Of a stretch of 52,162 bases of DNA, positions 46,901 through 52,162 are shown in pieces (the stretch's first letter is position 1; each line of letters begins with the position of its first letter). This DNA is from a virus (lineage: Duplodnaviria; Caudoviricetes). Below the pieces are notes generated by a model, which was not told the origin of the DNA, made no database searches, and saw nothing but the letters and a program-made list of their open reading frames with translations. The position numbers were made by a program, and so were the translations under genes. Location of the stretch: positions 1 through 52,162 of IMG/VR virus record IMGVR_UViG_3300043449_000682; one strand, 5' to 3'.

Positions 46901-47672
46901 CAACTCTTCTTCTCCGTATCTTTATTTGACAAAGACAAGCGGTATTCAATTAAAGGGGGAATATGATCCTCTAGTAAATAGAGGGCTTATGGTTCCAGTT
47001 AATGCAAGCAGGGCAGAAGGATTTAGAGTTATTGCAATGCAACTTGCAATTAGATTTGATGGAGACTACTTCCCATATGCTCCAACACAGATTTTTGAAA
47101 TAGAGAGTAAAGGTTCATACATTAAGTTCTATCTTGTAGCATGTGATCCAAGTGGGAGACGAGCAAAAATTTATGCAATTGATACAAAGACTGGGCTTGT
47201 TCAAAATGGAATAGGATTTTACTGGAATGGTAAAATTGTAAAAGAGCCAGTTGTGACTCTACAGGACTGGGGATTCCTTGGTATTAGTTTCTCAGATAGT
47301 CTAGACTTCTCATATTTCGAGGGGGCTATTAGATTAACTGGCCCACTTCTATTTAATAACATATCTTTCTATCAGTCGACAAACCTTCAAGAGGTTCAGA
47401 ACGTGTCTGAGCGACCTTGGTTTAGGGTCAAGGTCCTAAATTCAACAGATTTAGACTGGAAATTCTGGAATACTGGATCATTTAACTGGAATAAGGTACT
47501 TGTTTTGTCTGAAACTAGTTATTATGGTGTAAACCCATCAGAGGTTTATAAGAGTTATACGGGCACCAACAAGATTATAGTGGATGATGACAAGGTTCTA
47601 AGGTTTGGAAACTACAAATATACAGGGTATTCGGATATTGGCTGGAACCAAATAGTCGTTGATCCAGTTTAA
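43932..47672 (+). CDS. large virion structural protein (LamG-like segments)
   Basis: P.GLWALDD and YTLETWLR motifs; 1246 aa beta-rich. Confidence 0.7.
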   Translation: MSTPSNLYAEKVFAEHPIGLWALDDNADYISLISEQQRDLSAWRIFGGTASEYTDSIGEPFINSYVGKITANQIPTKTASITAISPEIVNVKDLNAYLGTFSVGGYFYSESSYITGFSIGYQYTDKTSETEIRHVKNFDTVVNNNWIFIAETFDIPADDSGIRIVFKINFVGDEEVEHAFRINGITLGQWSEEFSSTSLGVNTISIPSNISIAPQSGIVAKCYGLQELNGYYLSSDKMLKAKNSGIPLVYGTTGHTTLYENNGLPSLIVPASGMLNSSGQYKQYTLETWLRVNSYTNDVKRIIGPLGSSDGIYVDGPAIGLKIGNEYRTNYVGEWTRPMLVHLKVGKDTASLLINGDEVISIPYSQELANLPSKLDGNDKDQDWIGFYAYDDVSPVDIDCVGIYPYLVANQVAKRRYVFGQGVEVPENINTSYSGTSVAIDYSFADYTANYSYPKTGSWSQGFSDNISTANRSISVISHPLPELVLSSKTSSELFEDNKVANATENTNNFFYDEREYFSLRPNDSWNSVSGYLFFENFDILKTPISAFYGCFQLKANVSTPQILFKIEKENTSNYFKIQVENNTLKYIISTNGQSETLYSSEILNSNEFFEAGINIPKFVEIFGNPASDFFGSFADLRMYVGGDKTNTGTFAGKIYNVGFATKYNFQKIKNLFNEVGVPKLNEDLFFVYQNNEIVDIDAGIDTTSLPPYGGSTDTYPGAISGGGVVLLEEDFLIEHTASYTLVPDILFDTYTLAVAANAYWEDNLPLTYFAESVFDKRGDQYFDLDFIQFNINYPIPTKTVAIETDPIDWTYGDLANQYGAPVQRTYESLDNYLFTGYNDYEDLKNKVSKDYRYDTDGSIVKTYITFQYTELGANATSAYFTKIERPSRNGVLIPGSDWMTTKYEVVDNMIIYPPSGVDFNDLSIVTHIDINVKNSQINNVSIKNMSYASQALNESDASPIGTRFGTPIYPYTKTGIYYNFKKNNPFSIYNSSSPYLYLTKTSGIQLKGEYDPLVNRGLMVPVNASRAEGFRVIAMQLAIRFDGDYFPYAPTQIFEIESKGSYIKFYLVACDPSGRRAKIYAIDTKTGLVQNGIGFYWNGKIVKEPVVTLQDWGFLGISFSDSLDFSYFEGAIRLTGPLLFNNISFYQSTNLQEVQNVSERPWFRVKVLNSTDLDWKFWNTGSFNWNKVLVLSETSYYGVNPSEVYKSYTGTNKIIVDDDKVLRFGNYKYTGYSDIGWNQIVVDPV

Positions 47673-47690
47673 TATGGTATACTTATAGTT

Positions 47691-48077
47691 ATGGATTCAC
47701 TAATAGACCCAAAAACTGGTCAACCAATTGTAAAGAATGTCAGACGTCAGGTAATTGAAAAGAATTACGACTGGGGTCTTTATGTGTATAAAAAAGCAAA
47801 TGGAAAATGGTTTACAGACGGCAATGGGTCTGTCCTAAATATTCCTTCAGATAAAAACGATATTTCAAGAATGGCAGAACTAAAAAAGACTGCTATGCAT
47901 TATGGAGACCCAGGAGATGGAACATGCGTATTTGTCCCAGGGCTAACAAGAGTAAGCGAAGAAGAATATTCAGAGCAGGTTGATCGTCTAAAGGCTGGGC
48001 TTATCCCTTCACTAAATGACCTTGGTGCTGTACAGGCAGCAAAGGACACAATTGCTAAGTATGGGGACGAGGGCTAA
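47691..48077 (+). CDS. hypothetical protein upstream of portal
   Basis: Leaderless start. Confidence 0.75.
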   Translation: MDSLIDPKTGQPIVKNVRRQVIEKNYDWGLYVYKKANGKWFTDGNGSVLNIPSDKNDISRMAELKKTAMHYGDPGDGTCVFVPGLTRVSEEEYSEQVDRLKAGLIPSLNDLGAVQAAKDTIAKYGDEG

Positions 48078-48079
48078 TC

Positions 48080-49672
48080 ATGCAAGATGATGAGTATGAG
48101 ATTGGTGCAAGAATTGACGATGCTCCAAAAAAGGATGACACATTTTCTAAGTCAGACCCATTTAATGGTAATTGGGAAACACTAAAAACCTTAGACGGTC
48201 TAGATTCAAACTTTAAAAGACGAACAAGCAGAATGTCAACCAAGATGGTTGAGCCAACTACGCAATACACAACAGCAGCACTTGCTGGAAAAAGCGGTAT
48301 TGATGGAGCACAGTCAAAAGAAATAAACCCAGGCCTAGTCTATGTAAACGGCTACGGAATGTTTGATGTAATCACACCTCCGTGGAATCTTTATGAATTA
48401 GCAAACTACTACGATACATCGTTTGCAAACCACGCAGCAATTGATGCAAAGGTTGAGAACATCGTTGGTCTTGGGTACGAGTTCAAGGTTTCTCCAAGAA
48501 CCATGCTTAGGCTTGAGGCATCAGAAGATAATAGTGCTACACAAAAAGCACGTAAAAGAATTGAAAGAGCAAAGATTGAAATGCGTGACTGGCTAGAGTC
48601 TCTCAATGATGATGACTCATTCACAGCCACAATGGAAAAGGTTTATACAGATTTACAGTCAACAGGAAATGGCTACCTAGAAATTGGTAGAACAACTCGT
48701 GGAGAAATAGGATACGTTGGACATATACCAGCAACAACGATGCGAGTAAGAAGAATAAGAGACGGATATGTTCAGATCATTGGAAACAAAATTGTTTATT
48801 TCCGTAACTTTGGAGCAAAGAATCAGAACCCACTAACAACAGATGCTAGACCAAATGAGATTATTCACTTTAAGCAATACTCACCTCTAAATACATTTTA
48901 TGGAGTGCCAGATATTATGTCGGCAATTAACTCACTACATGGAGACTCTCTTGCTTCACAATATAATATCGACTATTTTGCAAATAAAGCAGTCCCAAGA
49001 TATGTTGTAACATTAAAGGGTGCGAAACTTTCTGGAGATGCAGAAGACAAGATGTTTAGATTCTTGCAGACAAGTCTCAGAGGGCAGTCTCACAGAACGC
49101 TATATATTCCACTTCCAGGTGATAGCGAAAATAATAAAGTTGAATTTAAGATGGAGCCCATCGAAGACGGTATACAGGACGGCTCATTTAAAGAGTATCG
49201 TAAACAAAACCGTGATGATATCCTGGTAGCACATCAAGTGCCACTGTCTAAACTTGGAGGTGGCGATTCTGGTTCTATTGCAGCAGCACTTGCACAGGAT
49301 CGCACCTTTAAGGAGCAGGTTGCAAGACCAGCACAGAGACAACTTGAAAAGATGATCAACAAGATAATTCGTGAAAAGACAGACATCATTGAGTTTGTGT
49401 TTAACGAGTTGACGCTAACAGATGAGATTGCACAGTCTCAGATCCTTGAAAGATATGTTAAGAATCAGATCATGACTCCTAACGAAGCAAGAGTTGTTTT
49501 GGATATGCCACAAAGAGATGGTGGAGATGATGTGTTAGACCTGAGTCCAGCAGCATCAGCAGAAGCAAGAACAATAAGATCAAGAGACGCAGAAAGAACA
49601 AACAACAATTCTGATAGTCCATCAACTGTTGCAGGCCGAAATCCAAAAGGAGAAGGGCGCTCTGCTCAATAA
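48080..49672 (+). CDS. portal protein
   Basis: TGNGYLE, NEIIHF, YGVP, ILVAHQVP, MTPNEAR motifs. Confidence 0.92.
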   Translation: MQDDEYEIGARIDDAPKKDDTFSKSDPFNGNWETLKTLDGLDSNFKRRTSRMSTKMVEPTTQYTTAALAGKSGIDGAQSKEINPGLVYVNGYGMFDVITPPWNLYELANYYDTSFANHAAIDAKVENIVGLGYEFKVSPRTMLRLEASEDNSATQKARKRIERAKIEMRDWLESLNDDDSFTATMEKVYTDLQSTGNGYLEIGRTTRGEIGYVGHIPATTMRVRRIRDGYVQIIGNKIVYFRNFGAKNQNPLTTDARPNEIIHFKQYSPLNTFYGVPDIMSAINSLHGDSLASQYNIDYFANKAVPRYVVTLKGAKLSGDAEDKMFRFLQTSLRGQSHRTLYIPLPGDSENNKVEFKMEPIEDGIQDGSFKEYRKQNRDDILVAHQVPLSKLGGGDSGSIAAALAQDRTFKEQVARPAQRQLEKMINKIIREKTDIIEFVFNELTLTDEIAQSQILERYVKNQIMTPNEARVVLDMPQRDGGDDVLDLSPAASAEARTIRSRDAERTNNNSDSPSTVAGRNPKGEGRSAQ

Positions 49673-50265
49673 TGAAATCTATACATAAGTCTAATTTCTT
49701 TAACGATAGTGATTTTGATAAAATAAAAGAAAGCGTATACGCAAAAATAAATGACGAGTTTGGTCTTGCTTATGCAGAAGACTGTACAAGAAGTTACAGA
49801 ATAACCTTTTTACCAATCAATGTTCAGGATCTTTTGCTAGATAGAGCAAAGCAAGAAACTGGAGATGACTCAATCCAAATCCTATACAACCAGATCGTCA
49901 AGTATCAGATTAAAGATGGCGTATCTCCAAAACTGAAAAGGCACAAAGATGTTGCAGTTGGAGAGTGGGTAATGGACATAGTTCTTGATTCTACTATAGA
50001 CTGGCCTATCGTTATTGAGGACCAGAGTTTTTCAAATACTACAAACTCCGTGACTTTTATTCGTGGCGAAGAAGAGCCTCACTGGAGACCAGACTTCCCA
50101 TCTGAGGATCAAGAGGATTTTGTCCTACTCCTTTTTGTTCATCTAGCAAACAAAGGTAGCAACCATGCAAAGATTTCTAGGCAGGTGCTTGAGATGGGGG
50201 AAGCAAAAGCAGATTCTTTCTTGAGGTCGGTAGTCCCATCATGGGGCAAAAAGTATAACGTATAG
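49672..50265 (+). CDS. 2OG-Fe(II) oxygenase-like protein
   Basis: LKRHKD (HxD), WPI, EPHWR, LFVH. Confidence 0.6.
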   Translation: MKSIHKSNFFNDSDFDKIKESVYAKINDEFGLAYAEDCTRSYRITFLPINVQDLLLDRAKQETGDDSIQILYNQIVKYQIKDGVSPKLKRHKDVAVGEWVMDIVLDSTIDWPIVIEDQSFSNTTNSVTFIRGEEEPHWRPDFPSEDQEDFVLLLFVHLANKGSNHAKISRQVLEMGEAKADSFLRSVVPSWGKKYNV

Positions 50266-50314
50266 GATTTAGGTCTCAATATTCAAGATATAAAAAAAGG
50301 TGGTATATAATATA

Positions 50315-51652
50315 ATGGTGAGCAATATATCAAAGGCCCATTGGAATTCAGATGGGGAAAATCTTCGTCTTTCGATGCCTTTTAATAAGGTAGACAAAGA
50401 GAGACGTATCGTTTCAGGTTTTGCATCTCTTGACAATCTTGACAAGCAGATGGATATTGTAACATCTGAAGCATCTATGAATGCGTTTGCAAAGTTTCGT
50501 GGTAACATTAGAGAAATGCATCAGCCACTAGCAGTAGGCAAGATGGTAAACTTTAAAGAAGATAAATACTTCGATCCAGAATCAAAGAAGTTCTATAAGG
50601 GTGTTTTTGTATCAGCATATGTTTCAAAGGGCGCACAGGACACTTGGGAAAAGGTTCTTGATGGAACACTTACTGGTTTTTCAATTGGCGGAAGAATGAA
50701 TAAGTGGGATGACGCATATGATGAGAAGTCAGACTCACAGATTAGAATTATTAAGGAATATGATTTGGTAGAGTTGAGTCTTGTTGATTCACCAGCAAAT
50801 CAGTTTGCAAACATTGTTTCAGTTGAAAAGGTTGATGGCGTAGATGTTATCAAAGCAGACTCAACAGTGTTAGAAAATGTTTTTTATGATAAAGAAAATG
50901 GAATTGTTATTGCATCTGAAAACGAGTCAGAACTTAGCCCAGTTACTGGAGAGCAGATGGAGAACATAGGATTCGTTGAAAAAACGGATGATGAAAAAAC
51001 AAACATGATAAAATTCTTAGTTGATAGTGCTAAAGGCATTAATACTTCTAAGATTAACAAGGAGGTACAACCTATGACAAAATCAAAAACACAAGTTGAA
51101 AAAACAGATGTAGTTGAAGATGTTGTGGTCGCTCCAGAGGCAGATGCCGTGGTTGAAGAAGTTACCGAAGAAGTTGCAAAGGCAGAAGAGACAGAGACAG
51201 CAGATGTTGTCAAGTCAGACGAAGCACCAGCAGCAGAAACTGAAGAAGCACCAGTTGCTGAAGCAGTTGAAAAAGTAGCAGACGCAGACGCAAATGTATC
51301 TAAGTCAGATGATGTAGTTGTTGAAGCAATTGCAGAAATCAAGAATAATCTAACATCAGCCTTTAGCGATCTATTATCAACAGTAAAGTCTTTGCAAGCA
51401 GAAGTAGAACTTCTTAAGTCTTCAAAGGTAGATGTTGATACAGTAAAGGATTCATTTGCAGCAGTTGCAAAAGATATTGCAGCAGTATCAAGTGAGTTTA
51501 ATGAATTTGGAAAACGAGTAGACGCTGTGGAAGCAGACACCGCATTCCGAAAGTCTGGAGATATCGGCGATATCTTCCAGTCTCAGCCTGAAATGGTTGA
51601 AAAATCCCTATGGGGCGGTAGTTTCCTCAAAACAGCCGATCTATTCAAATGA
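50315..51652 (+). CDS. prohead protease (HK97 type) fused to acidic scaffold-like domain
   Basis: REMH, GFSIGG, ELSLVDSPAN; Glu/Ala/Val-rich C-terminal half. Confidence 0.9.
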   Translation: MVSNISKAHWNSDGENLRLSMPFNKVDKERRIVSGFASLDNLDKQMDIVTSEASMNAFAKFRGNIREMHQPLAVGKMVNFKEDKYFDPESKKFYKGVFVSAYVSKGAQDTWEKVLDGTLTGFSIGGRMNKWDDAYDEKSDSQIRIIKEYDLVELSLVDSPANQFANIVSVEKVDGVDVIKADSTVLENVFYDKENGIVIASENESELSPVTGEQMENIGFVEKTDDEKTNMIKFLVDSAKGINTSKINKEVQPMTKSKTQVEKTDVVEDVVVAPEADAVVEEVTEEVAKAEETETADVVKSDEAPAAETEEAPVAEAVEKVADADANVSKSDDVVVEAIAEIKNNLTSAFSDLLSTVKSLQAEVELLKSSKVDVDTVKDSFAAVAKDIAAVSSEFNEFGKRVDAVEADTAFRKSGDIGDIFQSQPEMVEKSLWGGSFLKTADLFK

Positions 51653-51675
51653 ACAAATCACTAGGAGGTGACAAT

Positions 51676-52162
51676 ATGTCAGAAGAAATAATCAAAAACC
51701 AGCCAGGCGCTAGTGGAGATCTAGGTGGAACTGCACCAGGACTTTACCAGGGTCAAGGTGCTTTCGCATCAGGTGGAATTGGTGGAGTAGAAAACCCAGG
51801 TGCAAATACACTTGGTAACATTCCAACAGCAACTCTTGGATCTACAAGCGGAGCAAACGCTGTTAACCCTAGTGGTTCAGCGGCTTCTGGAATTTTGCGC
51901 CCTGAGCAGGCACGTCGTTTTATCGACTATGTTTGGGATGCAACAGTATTAGCAAAGGATGGCCGTCGTGTAACAATGAAGGCTAATTCTATGGAACTTG
52001 AGAAGGTAAACGTCGGTGAGCGTGTAATTCGTGCAGCAGCGCAAGCAGTTGGATCATACACAAACACAGGTGCAACATTCTCTAAGGTCGAACTTACTAC
52101 CAAGAAGATTCGTCTTGATTGGGAAGTAACAGCAGAATCATTGGAAGATGGTGTAGAAGGTG
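51676..52162 (+). CDS. major capsid protein (5' part, runs off window)
   Basis: AGGAGG SD; GILRPEQARRFIDY..L..KKIRLDWEVT.E.LED; follows the protease. Confidence 0.85.
   Translation, partial: MSEEIIKNQPGASGDLGGTAPGLYQGQGAFASGGIGGVENPGANTLGNIPTATLGSTSGANAVNPSGSAASGILRPEQARRFIDYVWDATVLAKDGRRVTMKANSMELEKVNVGERVIRAAAQAVGSYTNTGATFSKVELTTKKIRLDWEVTAESLEDGVEG

Noticed and set aside
50884-51540. 218-aa minus-strand ORF
   Set aside because: Antisense shadow of the acidic scaffold domain
1-52162. Stop-codon reassignment
   Set aside because: Long genes are intact under the standard code, all three stops end genes, and no suppressor tRNA is seen
1-52162. Prophage or host chromosome junction at the tRNAs
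   Set aside because: No integrase, att duplication or host housekeeping genes; tRNAs are embedded among phage-type genes

Overview
A 52 kb segment of a large, AT-rich tailed phage. The host is very likely an Actinobacterium, judged from leaderless extended -10 promoters, PafBC-type promoters, GACAC (WhiA-type) sites and actinophage-like structural genes. No host genes or integrase are visible. Layout: (1) 1-8.6 kb, mostly minus strand: four tRNAs (Trp, Gly, Ile-UAU, CAU) and accessory enzymes (HAD phosphatase, three sulfotransferase-like genes, a luciferase-like monooxygenase/2OG fusion, a 2OG oxygenase, GIY-YIG-like and HNH nucleases). (2) 8.7-10.1 kb: gene-poor region with DnaA boxes and strand-asymmetric short repeats (origin- or terminus-like). 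(3) 10.1-22.5 kb: early-type region of small genes (DUF932, GP88, tRNA-Asp). Its spacers carry repeated composite cassettes of PafBC-type promoters, perfect CRP boxes, GACAC sites, DnaA boxes and a GCCGGAAAAATTTT motif. (4) A cytochrome P450 and a DHH-like gene. (5) 25-41.8 kb: virion/fibre genes, including a (VTP/VTPA)n Cys-rich fibre and an FN3-(FGA)n-Hint protein, each followed by candidate modifying enzymes. (6) Class II RNR, a large virion protein, portal, prohead protease/scaffold and the start of the major capsid gene. The strongest candidates for something undescribed are a dispersed family of ~28-nt covarying RNA pseudoknots, mostly just downstream of stop codons, and the modular host-regulator cassettes of the early region. 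All motif counts were made by eye, and family assignments rest on motif recognition rather than database searches.
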